From contig JAVKIJ010000051.1 of NCBI GenBank assembly GCA_031459535.1, positions 1-22,552 of the forward strand: a DNA stretch of 22,552 nt, written 5' to 3'. The position numbers were made by a program, and so were the translations under genes. How positions within the stretch are numbered: the stretch's first letter is position 1; each line of letters begins with the position of its first letter. Of the stretch, positions 1 through 8,184 are shown piece by piece. Below the pieces are notes generated by a model that saw nothing but the letters and a program-made list of their open reading frames with translations, did no database searches and was not told where the DNA came from. This stretch comes from Candidatus Fervidifonticultor quintus. Its GTDB lineage: Bacteria; Sysuimicrobiota; Sysuimicrobiia; Sysuimicrobiales; Humicultoraceae.

Positions 1-108
1 CTCGGCCCACACTGCCGGGTCGTGGGGCACCACACGCACGCCAGAGGCTTCCACGAGCCCGACGCACACATGGTCGGCCACCGACTGGTCGATGCGGACG
101 TCCATCAT
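1..108 (-). CDS. Partial CDS (5' end only), possibly a stand-alone B3/4 (PheRS editing-like) domain protein
   Basis: Not in the ORF track. ATG at 108-106 overlaps the TGA of the upstream radical SAM gene (ATGA coupling). Open to the window edge: MMDVRIDQSVADHVCVGLVEASGVRVVPHDPAVWAE. The B3/4 resemblance is from memory and rests on only 36 aa. Confidence 0.5.
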   Translation of the reverse strand, partial: MMDVRIDQSVADHVCVGLVEASGVRVVPHDPAVWAE

Positions 109-1079
109 ACCGTCACCTGCCGGATCAGGAGCGCGCGCCGGTCGAACCGCCACAGCCCGGCGGCCCGGGCCGCCGCGTACGCGTCCGCCATCTCGGCCGC
201 CGTCACCCTGCGATTCAGTTCGGGGAAGCGCGACGCGCTCACCTTGCCCGCCGGCGCGTACTGGGCCATAAGGTTCACATACGTGTCAGCCGACAGCGCC
301 GCCAGCCACCGCATGATCTCCGGGGTCCCCGCTACCCCGCCGGGCATCACCAGATGGCGGACGAGCACCCCGCGCAGCGCGAGCCCCCGCTCGTCGAACA
401 CCAGGTCCCCCACCTGCCGGTGCATCTCCCCAATCGCCGCCCGGGCGACTTCCGGGTAGGACGGAGCCAGCAGGTAGCGCCGGGCCACTTCCCGATCCCA
501 CACCTTGAAGTCCGGCATGTAGATGTCCACGACACCGTCGAGCAGACGCAGGCTGTGCAGTGAATCGAAGGCGCTGGTGTTGTACACCAGGGGGAGGCGC
601 AGCCCGGCTTCCACCGCCAGGGGCAACGCCTCCAGCACCTGGGGGACCACGTGCTCGGGCGTCACGAGGTTGATGTTGTGGCAGCCGGCATCCTGGAGCG
701 CCAGCATCATGGCCGCCAGCGCCTCGGGCGGCACCGGCCGGCCCTCGCCGAGATGGCTGATCTCGAAGTTCTGACAGAAGACGCACTTGAGATTGCACAT
801 GGAGAAGAAGATGGTCCCGCTCCCGCGCCAGCCGCGCAGGCAGTCCTCCTCGCCAAAGTGCGGGAAGTAGGAACTGACGATCGCTCGCCGCCCCGTCTTG
901 CAGACCGCCCAACGGTCCTCCAGGCGATTGACGCGGCAGTGTCGGGGGCAGACGCAGCAGTCGCCGAGCATCTCCAGCGCCTCTGCTGCCCGCTCCCTCA
1001 GCGCGGCCAGCCCCAGGCGCCGGTAGGCCGGCTCGAACCGTGCCGAGAACCGCACGAACCGGCTGGGATCGCCACTCAC
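105..1079 (-). CDS. pflX: Radical SAM protein, PflX (PFL-activating-enzyme-like) family
   Basis: CxxxCxxC motif (CNLKCVFC) within GSGTIFFSMCNLKCVFCQNFEIS, N-terminal CCVCPRHC, plus HFGEE, HNINLVTP, DIYMPDFK and LVRHLVMP. Start moved to GTG 1079, which has GGGAGG about 10 nt upstream. Confidence 0.9.
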   Translation of the reverse strand: MSGDPSRFVRFSARFEPAYRRLGLAALRERAAEALEMLGDCCVCPRHCRVNRLEDRWAVCKTGRRAIVSSYFPHFGEEDCLRGWRGSGTIFFSMCNLKCVFCQNFEISHLGEGRPVPPEALAAMMLALQDAGCHNINLVTPEHVVPQVLEALPLAVEAGLRLPLVYNTSAFDSLHSLRLLDGVVDIYMPDFKVWDREVARRYLLAPSYPEVARAAIGEMHRQVGDLVFDERGLALRGVLVRHLVMPGGVAGTPEIMRWLAALSADTYVNLMAQYAPAGKVSASRFPELNRRVTAAEMADAYAAARAAGLWRFDRRALLIRQVTV

Positions 1080-1168
1080 GCCCCGCCCCCTCCCATGGAC
1101 ATCATGCCGCCACAGGCCGATGCGGGCAAGCGGCAGGCGCCGGCAGGCCCGGCGGCGTAGTGGGATGC

Positions 1169-1705
1169 ATGACCCATCGGATGCTGCCAGTACTCGTCGC
1201 CGTCCTGGCCGTCGGTTGTGGACGCGCCGCGCCCGAGACACTTGAGCCCTACGTCAGCGAGGACCACGGATTCACGGTGGCCCGCCCGTCGGGCTGGCAT
1301 CGAGCCGAAACCGACGGTGGGCGGCGCGTCTGGTTCCTGCCGCGACCGCCGGCGACCGGCGACCCCGAGACCGAGGCCACGGAGTTCATCGTGGTCATGA
1401 CCCTCGCGCAACCCGGCCCGCTGCCGGAGATCGAGGTCAGGCGGCTGGCCATGACCCTGCTGCCCATGCACGGCGTCTCGGGATTCGTGCGCACGCCCGC
1501 CAGCACCGATCAGGTGGCGTGGTACCGTTTTGAGCTCACGGGCTCCACGCGCGGCAGCGAATGGGCCTCACTCGGCCTGCTCGTGAGCGGCCCCAGGCGG
1601 CTCCACTACGTGGTCTGCGCCGGCCCGCTGGTGACCTGGCGGGAAGGGCAGAAGCGCTGCGACGACGTGCTGAAGTCCTTCAGGCCCGGGGACCTGTCGA
1701 GGTAA
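1169..1705 (+). CDS. Putative lipoprotein (possibly PsbP/DcrB-like fold)
   Basis: From ATG 1169: MTHRMLPVLVAVLAVG-C lipobox, YVSEDHGFTVARPSGW and a C-terminal VLKSFRP pattern typical of PsbP-like domains. The fold call is inference. Confidence 0.7.
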   Translation: MTHRMLPVLVAVLAVGCGRAAPETLEPYVSEDHGFTVARPSGWHRAETDGGRRVWFLPRPPATGDPETEATEFIVVMTLAQPGPLPEIEVRRLAMTLLPMHGVSGFVRTPASTDQVAWYRFELTGSTRGSEWASLGLLVSGPRRLHYVVCAGPLVTWREGQKRCDDVLKSFRPGDLSR

Positions 1706-1737
1706 CGCCCCGAGGAGGGCGTACGGGGGGTGCTCGC

Positions 1738-2166
1738 ATGCCAATGACCCGGAAGCAGAAGACGGACCTGCTGAGGCGTGTGGATCTCTTCTCCGAGCTA
1801 TCGAGTCGCTCGCTGGGCGTGATCGCGGACGCCGCGGTGGACATCCAGTACAAGCCCGGCGACTACATCGTGCGCCACGGCCAGGTGGGGACCGGTTTCT
1901 ACACCGTGGTCGAAGGCCGCGTGAAGGTCGTCCGGGGCAGTGAGGTGCTGGCCCACCTGGGGCCGGGCGACTTCTTCGGTGAGTTGTCGGTGCTCGACCA
2001 GTCCCCGCGCCACGCTCATGTCGTCGCCGAGGAGCCGACTACCTGCCTGGCGCTGGCCTCGTGGGACTTCACCAGGCTCATCGAGAGAATGCCCAAGATT
2101 GCCCTGGGCATCCTGCGGGTGATGGCGCGGAGGCTCCGCGCGGTCACGGATCACCCGCGCCACTAG
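1738..2166 (+). CDS. Stand-alone cyclic nucleotide-binding (CNB) domain protein
   Basis: LLRRVDLFSEL, YKPGDYIVRHG, FYTVVEGRVKV and intact phosphate-binding cassette GDFFGELSVLDQSPRHA. About 142 aa, no CRP HTH. Start at 1738 or 1744. Confidence 0.9.
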   Translation: MPMTRKQKTDLLRRVDLFSELSSRSLGVIADAAVDIQYKPGDYIVRHGQVGTGFYTVVEGRVKVVRGSEVLAHLGPGDFFGELSVLDQSPRHAHVVAEEPTTCLALASWDFTRLIERMPKIALGILRVMARRLRAVTDHPRH

Positions 2167-2179
2167 ACACCCAGGGACC

Positions 2180-3658
2180 CTAGATCAGGCCGGCCAGCAG
2201 CGCGGTGAGCGCCAAGCGGTGGTCGGGGCCTTCGAAGTTGAGCAACGGCGCCGACGGGAGCTCGTGTGCGGTGACCTGACCGCCGCGCCGGATGTAGACC
2301 GCCGGGTGGTGCTGGCCGGCAGGATCAGTCTCAACCACCACGGCCGCGGCATCGGCGCCGGGCGCATCTACGAATGCTGCCAGCGGCTGGATCCCCTCGT
2401 CACAGATGCCGCAAGCACGGTCGAAGCTCACCACCCGGGCCAGGTAGCCCTTCTGGTTCAACAGCTCTGGCGCCCGCGTGGCCTCCGACAGCATGAAGTC
2501 AACCACGTCTGAGGCCCGCAGCGTGGGCCGCGGGACCTCCCGGCCGAGCTGGCTGGCCAGGTGGGTAGCCAGGACTCTGGCGTTGTGCCGAAAGCCGGCG
2601 ACACCGGCGGAGTTGCCCGCGCCGCCGTACTTTCTGATGCCGAAGGCGCCCTGAGTGATCGTGCCAGCGAAGTAGACCCCAGGCAGAGATGTGCTCTCCC
2701 AGAAGGGGCCCATCCGCGGCAGGCGATTCGCGTAGAAGGTCTGCACCCCCAGCGCAGGCAGGTCGCCCAGCGGAGTGGTGAACCCGGTGGCGGCGATCAC
2801 ATCGTCGACCTGGAAGGTGTGCGCCCCGCCATGGGTCCCTGAGGTATGCACCCGCCACGCGGGGCCCACCCGCTCGACCCGGTCAATCGAGGCCTCGATG
2901 ACAAAGACGCCCCCGCCGATCACGTGATCCTCATAGGGGACCAGGTACTTGGCGCGCACGCCGCCGCCGGCGCTGAGCACCGAGAGCACCGGCGGCCTCG
3001 GCGAACCCAGGATGATCTGGCGAGCCCAGGGCAGCAACGCATCGGCGATCTCGAATCCCGAGTTGCGCTTGCCGATGATGAACACACGCCGTCCGGCGTA
3101 GGTCCTGGCCGGATGGACGTCGACGTAGTGCGGGACGCTCTCGATCCCGGGGATGGGCGGCTTCCACGGTTCGGCCATCCCCACGGCGAAGACGGCGTAT
3201 CGGCACCGATACTCGCCGTCAGTGGTCTCCAGGACGAACCCGTCGTCCTCACGGCGCGTGCCGGTCCAGCGGCACCGGTAGCGCACGACGACGCCCGCGC
3301 GGTCGGCGAACGCCTCGAGCCCGGAGGCCATATCGGCCCGGGCGGGAAAGTAGGACGTGCCGTCCATGAACTGCGCCACCAGCGATCGCAGCTCAGGTTC
3401 GTCGGCGATGAGGCTGTTCCAGTCGTACCACTCGTAGGGCCGGGTGTTGCGCTCCGCAGGCGCGTAGGGCTTGGTCCAGGTATTCAGCCTCTGGAAGAGC
3501 GGATACCGGAGGAACATGCCGCCCGGGCCATCGTCGGCGGACAGCGTCGCGTGCTCCACGCCCAGGCGCCGGAGCCAGTAGGTGAGCTGCAGGCCGCCGG
3601 GGCCGCTGCCGACCACCACCACCGGGTAACGACCGGGCGCGAAGGGACGGGGGGTCAA
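2180..3658 (-). CDS. FAD/NAD(P)-dependent oxidoreductase, FOXRED2-like
   Basis: FAD motif VVVVGSGPGG, second dinucleotide motif FIIGKRNSGFEIA, DDVIAATGF and VYFAG. Start is probably TTG 3658 (TTGA overlap with the upstream CNB stop) or GTG 3667. Confidence 0.85.
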   Translation of the reverse strand: MTPRPFAPGRYPVVVVGSGPGGLQLTYWLRRLGVEHATLSADDGPGGMFLRYPLFQRLNTWTKPYAPAERNTRPYEWYDWNSLIADEPELRSLVAQFMDGTSYFPARADMASGLEAFADRAGVVVRYRCRWTGTRREDDGFVLETTDGEYRCRYAVFAVGMAEPWKPPIPGIESVPHYVDVHPARTYAGRRVFIIGKRNSGFEIADALLPWARQIILGSPRPPVLSVLSAGGGVRAKYLVPYEDHVIGGGVFVIEASIDRVERVGPAWRVHTSGTHGGAHTFQVDDVIAATGFTTPLGDLPALGVQTFYANRLPRMGPFWESTSLPGVYFAGTITQGAFGIRKYGGAGNSAGVAGFRHNARVLATHLASQLGREVPRPTLRASDVVDFMLSEATRAPELLNQKGYLARVVSFDRACGICDEGIQPLAAFVDAPGADAAAVVVETDPAGQHHPAVYIRRGGQVTAHELPSAPLLNFEGPDHRLALTALLAGLI

Positions 3659-4083
3659 CTGCGCCACCGGTTCGCGTTGCGCAGCCGGCGCGCCTGCGCC
3701 TGCAACATGCGGTACATGACGCGCGGGTAGGCCATCAGAAACTTCTCGGTCTCCGGGCCCGGGAGGGCCACGCACCGCAGCGGCCGCAGGGCCACCACAT
3801 CCGCGGTGGGCGGCTCGCCCAACAACACAGACACCTCGCCGAAGAAGTCCCCGCGGCCGAGCGTGGCCCTGGTTTCGCCGTCGATGCGCACGGCGGCCTC
3901 CCCGTCGAGGATGACGTAGAAGTTCGACCCTGCAAACCCCTGACGCAGGATACGCTGCCCCTCGGTGAACCACTCCTCCTCGAGGGTGTGCGCCACCGCC
4001 TGGAGTTGTGGCCTAGTCAGGTCAGCGAAGAGCGTCAACCCCGCAAGGATGTCGACCACGTCGTCCGTCTGTTGTGGACCCAT
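3655..4083 (-). CDS. Stand-alone CNB-fold protein with degenerate phosphate-binding cassette
   Basis: LAGLTLFADL, GQRILRQG, FYVILDGEA and GDFFGEVSVLLGEPPTADV. ATG 4083 is preceded by a G-rich RBS. Confidence 0.88.
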   Translation of the reverse strand: MGPQQTDDVVDILAGLTLFADLTRPQLQAVAHTLEEEWFTEGQRILRQGFAGSNFYVILDGEAAVRIDGETRATLGRGDFFGEVSVLLGEPPTADVVALRPLRCVALPGPETEKFLMAYPRVMYRMLQAQARRLRNANRWRS

Positions 4084-4627
4084 GACACCCCCCAAGCACG
4101 GTTGGTGGTGGTGCATTCACTCCGCCGACGCCCGAGCCCTGCTCCGTCGGGCGGCCCGGGTACGCGGCCTCTCACCCCACGGTCTGCAGCATGGTGTCCA
4201 CCGCCCCCAGGTACCACCGGGCGCCCAGTTCTGCCAGGATCGCGCGAGCGTTGCGCAGGACGGCGGCCGCGCGATGGCGGTCACCTCGCAGGCCGCAGGC
4301 CTCAGCCAGCACGATCAGAGACTGTCCGTGTTCCAGCGGCTGCAGCAGCGGCATCTGCTGGCCCAGTCCCACGGCCTCTTCCGCCGCAGCCACGGCGTCA
4401 CCGCCCGCCGCGGCGCGCAGGGCCAGGCGCGCCCGGGCCCGCCGCACCCGAATCCGGGTCACCACATGGCCGATGTCGGCGGCAGTAGAACTCCGCGGCG
4501 ACCCCATCGGCCTGGCATCCACAGACCAGACACCGGAAATGCTCCCTGGCCTCCTGCGACCGCTCCATGGCAGCCCGGGCGCCCTCACCGTCCCCGAGCA
4601 TGGCCAGGCACCGGGCCAGATCGTGGT

Positions 4628-6715
4628 TCAACCAGATCGGCGCGTGAAACCGGGCATACGCCAGGGCCTGCTCGAAGATCGCCCGCGCCTCTTCCACCAG
4701 CCCCGCCGCCATGGCCAGGTTGCCGCGGAAGTACGGCAGCAGGATGGCGTACTGGCCGTGCATACGCCCGCCAGCTCCTCGATCAGCCGGTGTGCGCGGC
4801 TGATGTGCCGGTCGGCTTCGGGCCATCGGCCCGCCAGGAACTCCGCCCACCCCAGGAGCATGTTCAGCGTGGTCTCGTCCCGCGTCCACCCGTGCTCCTC
4901 TGCTTTGCGGAGAGCCTCCTGGGCGGTGTGGAGGAGTTCTTCGTCCACCACGCCCCGGGTCCACACGTCGCTGATCAGGAAGTGCCTGGCCTCGATGAGG
5001 AGGCGCTCGTCTCCCGTGCGGGCTACCTCGGCCATCCACGCACGCATCAGACGGCGGCCCTCATCCCCCATCAACGGAAGGATGGCGGGATGCGCCAGCA
5101 CGGCATACGCCCGCGATCGATCCTGGAGCGTACCGGTGCGGTCGGCGATAACCACCGCCTCGCGGGCGGCTTCCAACCCCTGGCGGTATTCGGAGCCCAT
5201 GATCAGGGCGTGGGCGTGCACCCGGTAGTAGTCGCTCCACAGCCCGTGGCCCAGGGGGATGAGCGGTGCGGCCTCGGCGAGGTATCGCCGGGCGGCGGCG
5301 ATCTGGTTGTCGTACGCCAGCGCGTGGGCTGCTCGTATTGCCGCCCGGGCGCGCCGCACCGGATCTGCCGCAGGGTCTATGCGCGACCGCACGAACTCCC
5401 AGACTTCGAACCAGGCCTTCGGCCCGCGATCCTGAACGCGCAGGTAGAGCTCGCCGAGCAGCTCGCACGCCGCCAGACAGCGCTCGCCCTGGCCGGTCTC
5501 CCCAGCCAGCTGGCGGGCCCACTCCAACAACTCGATCGCCTCTCGGATCGCATAGCGGGCGGCGGCATTCTCGCCCGCCACGATTAGGTGAGGGAGGGCG
5601 AGATCGGGGCATCCCGCGTGCGCGTAGTGGACGCCGACGGCCTTGGCCAGCTCTCCGATGCGGTCCGGGTACAGGCGCTCCATGGCCTCGGCGACCTGCC
5701 GGTGCACGGCTGCCCGCTGCTTGGCCAGCAGGTTCGAATACGCCGCTTCCCGGAGGAGCGGGTGTACAAAGACGTACTCGGGATCACTTGCCAGGGGATC
5801 GTGCCGTCGAACGATGTCTGCCTCCTCCAGCGCGCACAGGAGCGCGGCCACATTGGCGCCCTGGCCCACCTCGTTCAATAGCGAGGCCGCGAACGACGAG
5901 CCGATCACAGCCGCTCGCTGCACCAAACCCCTCAGGTCCGGGGCCAGGCGGTCCAGACGCGCCAGGACCGCGGCCTGAATGGTGTCGGGCAACACATCGG
6001 CGACGGATCCCGTCACCTGCCAGTGCCCTCGATCGTCCTGGACCAGGACACCTGAGCCGCGGAGCGTGGCGATGATCTCGTTGACGTAGAAGGGGTTGCC
6101 TCCGGCCTTGGCGACCAGCGCGCGCTCTACGGCATCGGGCAGGTGCTGGCCCAACACCGCGGCCACCAGCGCCCTGGCATCGACCTCTGCGAGCGGCACG
6201 AGTTGCACCGTTGTCAAGGCGGTGCGCCGTCCCCAGACCAGGGGCGGTGCATCCGTCCGCTGGGTCCCGATCAGCAACATCGGGACGTCGGCCAGGCGAT
6301 CCACCATGAAGGGCAGCAGCTCCCGGGTGCCAGCGTCGGCCCACTGCAGATCCTCGATCCACACCACGGTGGGGCTGCCGAGCATGCGGCGGATAGCCTC
6401 GGCCGCCACGAGCAGCGCGGTCTCGTGGGACACTTCTGCGGCTTCGGGCACGACGGCCAGATTGAAGAGCCGGCTCAACACGGCGGCAGCTTGCATCGCC
6501 CGATCGCCGAACGGCACCCTCGCCGCCACGTCGTCCACGTTGACGGGGCCATAGAGGCCGGCCAACTGGCGGAAGAGATCGGCCAGAGGCCCCAGGCTGA
6601 CACCGCCGTATGGCGGGCAGGCAGCCCGGAGCACCCGCAGATCACCCAGGCGCGCGACGAACTCCTCGACGAGCCTGGTCTTGCCCACGCCGGGCTCACC
6701 GATGACGGTCACCAC
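4628..6715 (-). CDS. STAND/AAA ATPase + TPR fragment (middle part of the interrupted gene)
   Basis: Walker A/B motifs and helical repeats. The last ~48 codons are out-of-frame read-through after about 4772. Confidence 0.65.
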   Translation of the reverse strand: MVTVIGEPGVGKTRLVEEFVARLGDLRVLRAACPPYGGVSLGPLADLFRQLAGLYGPVNVDDVAARVPFGDRAMQAAAVLSRLFNLAVVPEAAEVSHETALLVAAEAIRRMLGSPTVVWIEDLQWADAGTRELLPFMVDRLADVPMLLIGTQRTDAPPLVWGRRTALTTVQLVPLAEVDARALVAAVLGQHLPDAVERALVAKAGGNPFYVNEIIATLRGSGVLVQDDRGHWQVTGSVADVLPDTIQAAVLARLDRLAPDLRGLVQRAAVIGSSFAASLLNEVGQGANVAALLCALEEADIVRRHDPLASDPEYVFVHPLLREAAYSNLLAKQRAAVHRQVAEAMERLYPDRIGELAKAVGVHYAHAGCPDLALPHLIVAGENAAARYAIREAIELLEWARQLAGETGQGERCLAACELLGELYLRVQDRGPKAWFEVWEFVRSRIDPAADPVRRARAAIRAAHALAYDNQIAAARRYLAEAAPLIPLGHGLWSDYYRVHAHALIMGSEYRQGLEAAREAVVIADRTGTLQDRSRAYAVLAHPAILPLMGDEGRRLMRAWMAEVARTGDERLLIEARHFLISDVWTRGVVDEELLHTAQEALRKAEEHGWTRDETTLNMLLGWAEFLAGRWPEADRHISRAHRLIEELAGVCTASTPSCCRTSAATWPWRRGWWKRRGRSSSRPWRMPGFTRRSG

Positions 6716-7403
6716 CTGGGCGCGGCCGCGTCGCGCGCGCCAGCAGGTCTGCGAGCTGTGCCAGTTCGTCGTGGCGGTTCACAAAGGGCGGCCTGGCAAC
6801 CGGCTCAACGTGCTCACGCTCCCCGGTGACTTCGTACACTGCCACGGGCTCCGACTTCCCCCTGACGCCAATCGGCTCCAACATCACGCAGTGGAATGCC
6901 CCACGGACCTGTCGGCTGACCGCCTCGGAGACGAGCACGCCGCCCGGCGGCGCCGCACGCTGCAGGCGCGACGCCAGGTTCACGGTGTCGCCCATGACGG
7001 TCGGCCGGGCCTGCCCCGGGGGCCCTACGCTCCCCCAGACCACCATCCCGCTGTGGATACCTATGCGCAGGCGCACGGGCTCACCCAGCAGGCGGCGGGT
7101 CTGATCTTCGCGTTCACGCATCACGCGCTGCATGGCAAGCGCAGCCCTCACCGCTCTCTGCGCATCATCTTCGTGGGCGACCGGGGCCCCAAACAGCGCC
7201 ATCAGATTGTCGCCGATGACCTTGTCAACATGCCCGCCGAAAGCCTCCACCGCCTCACCGAGCATGCGGAAGATATCGTTGACGGCATCGGTGACCGTCT
7301 CGGGGTCGAGCCTCTCTGCCATGGCGGTGAAACCCACGATGTCGGCGAACAGGACGGCGACCGGCCGGCGTTCGCTCTGCGGTCCCACAGGCGGCTCGGT
7401 CAT
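6696..7403 (-). CDS. Adenylate/guanylate cyclase domain fragment (N-terminal part of the interrupted gene)
   Basis: Complete class III catalytic set: two metal-binding Asp, ATP-specifying Lys (DKVIGD) and Thr (PTVMG), transition-state Asn/Arg (NLASR). Ends just after the start of the AAA domain (PFVNRHDEL). Confidence 0.75.
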   Translation of the reverse strand: MTEPPVGPQSERRPVAVLFADIVGFTAMAERLDPETVTDAVNDIFRMLGEAVEAFGGHVDKVIGDNLMALFGAPVAHEDDAQRAVRAALAMQRVMREREDQTRRLLGEPVRLRIGIHSGMVVWGSVGPPGQARPTVMGDTVNLASRLQRAAPPGGVLVSEAVSRQVRGAFHCVMLEPIGVRGKSEPVAVYEVTGEREHVEPVARPPFVNRHDELAQLADLLARATRPRPGGDRHR

Positions 7404-7407
7404 CCCG

Positions 7408-8091
7408 CTATCCCAGCCGAAACAGCACGCCCAGAGGCAAGGTGACCAGGCCGCTGGCCGCGACCTCGATCCACCGGCCGGGCTGGTGCCGGCCCGCTAT
7501 CAGCCGTGCGGCATACCACGCGGCGACCACCGCCCAGAACGCCGGCGCCAGAAACAGGACGCCGGTGAGAATGAGCCCGCGCTCCGCGTACCCTGCGACC
7601 CTCGGGCCCGGGCTGAGCAGGTCTTCCGGCCTGCGGCGCGTCCGGTACGCGAGGGCGAGCTGGTAGAGGAGAATGGCGCCCGCAAAGGTGGCTGTCACGT
7701 AGGGCACCGCATAGTAGAGTACGCCGGTGACCGCGGGCGTCCCAAGGGTCAGACTCGCGTCGCGCGGCAGGCCGGCCAAGCCCGCGACCGCGGCGAGGGC
7801 GATCAGGTGCGCCGCCTGGTCGGCCAGGAACACCACAAAAGACGCTGGCCCATGGATCAGGTGGGACCTGACTTTGACCCGGTCGACGAGATAGTGCGCC
7901 GCTGCTAGCGCGAGCACCACGACCGGCCAGCGCGGGAACAGCGGCGCGGCCACCAGCGCCGTCAGCGCGCCGTAGATACCGGCGTGGATCGCCAGCCCAA
8001 CGGGACGTGCCTTCAACTTCACCAATTCATAGGGCTGCAGCACGAAATCGGCCACGAGGTGCGCCAGTAGGAGATACAGAAAGGCCGGCAT
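7408..8091 (-). CDS. DUF3307 family membrane protein
   Basis: Signature AHLVADFVLQP...K...LAIHAGIY...AHYLVD..K...FLADQAAH with several hydrophobic helices. ATG 8091 has GAGGGAG upstream. Stop lies 4 nt before the cyclase ATG. Confidence 0.88.
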   Translation of the reverse strand: MPAFLYLLLAHLVADFVLQPYELVKLKARPVGLAIHAGIYGALTALVAAPLFPRWPVVVLALAAAHYLVDRVKVRSHLIHGPASFVVFLADQAAHLIALAAVAGLAGLPRDASLTLGTPAVTGVLYYAVPYVTATFAGAILLYQLALAYRTRRRPEDLLSPGPRVAGYAERGLILTGVLFLAPAFWAVVAAWYAARLIAGRHQPGRWIEVAASGLVTLPLGVLFRLG

Positions 8092-8184
8092 GCTCTCCCT
8101 CACCCGAACAGACCCGGCGGACCGCCCGCGCTGCGGGCCCACAGGTAACACGCGGTGGTTCGTCGTCTTGGGATAATGCCCTGC

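Larger units (their letters stand above)
4172..7403 (-). pseudogene. Class III adenylate cyclase - STAND/AAA ATPase - TPR-like protein (about 1075 aa), interrupted by three frame changes
   Basis: Cyclase motifs FADIVGFT, DKVIGD, RIGIHSG, TVMGDTVNLASRL. Walker A GEPGVGKT, Walker B WIEDLQWAD, GGNPFY, ARLDRL, YVFVHPLLREAAY, then helical repeats. Coding sense passes through ORFs 6696-7403, 4628-6715, 4398-5039 and 4172-4588 with switches near 6730, 4772 and 4485. May be a true pseudogene or sequencing error. Confidence 0.8.

Noticed and set aside
4122-4152. Hairpin (CCGACG...CGTCGG) between the cyclase and CNB genes
   Set aside because: No U-tract, so it cannot be called a terminator or ncRNA.
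3965-5587. 540-aa plus-strand ORF and similar overlapping ORFs
   Set aside because: Antisense to the cyclase and CNB genes, with no recognisable motifs.
1738-7403. Pycsar or Avs anti-phage system
   Set aside because: The cyclase has ATP-type specificity residues, the CNBs have no TIR or TM effector fusion, and there is no nuclease or defence-island context. Not excluded, but unsupported.
7373-8145. 17/19-nt similarity between 7373-7391 and 8127-8145
   Set aside because: GC-rich, one copy is coding, and such matches are expected by chance at this GC content.
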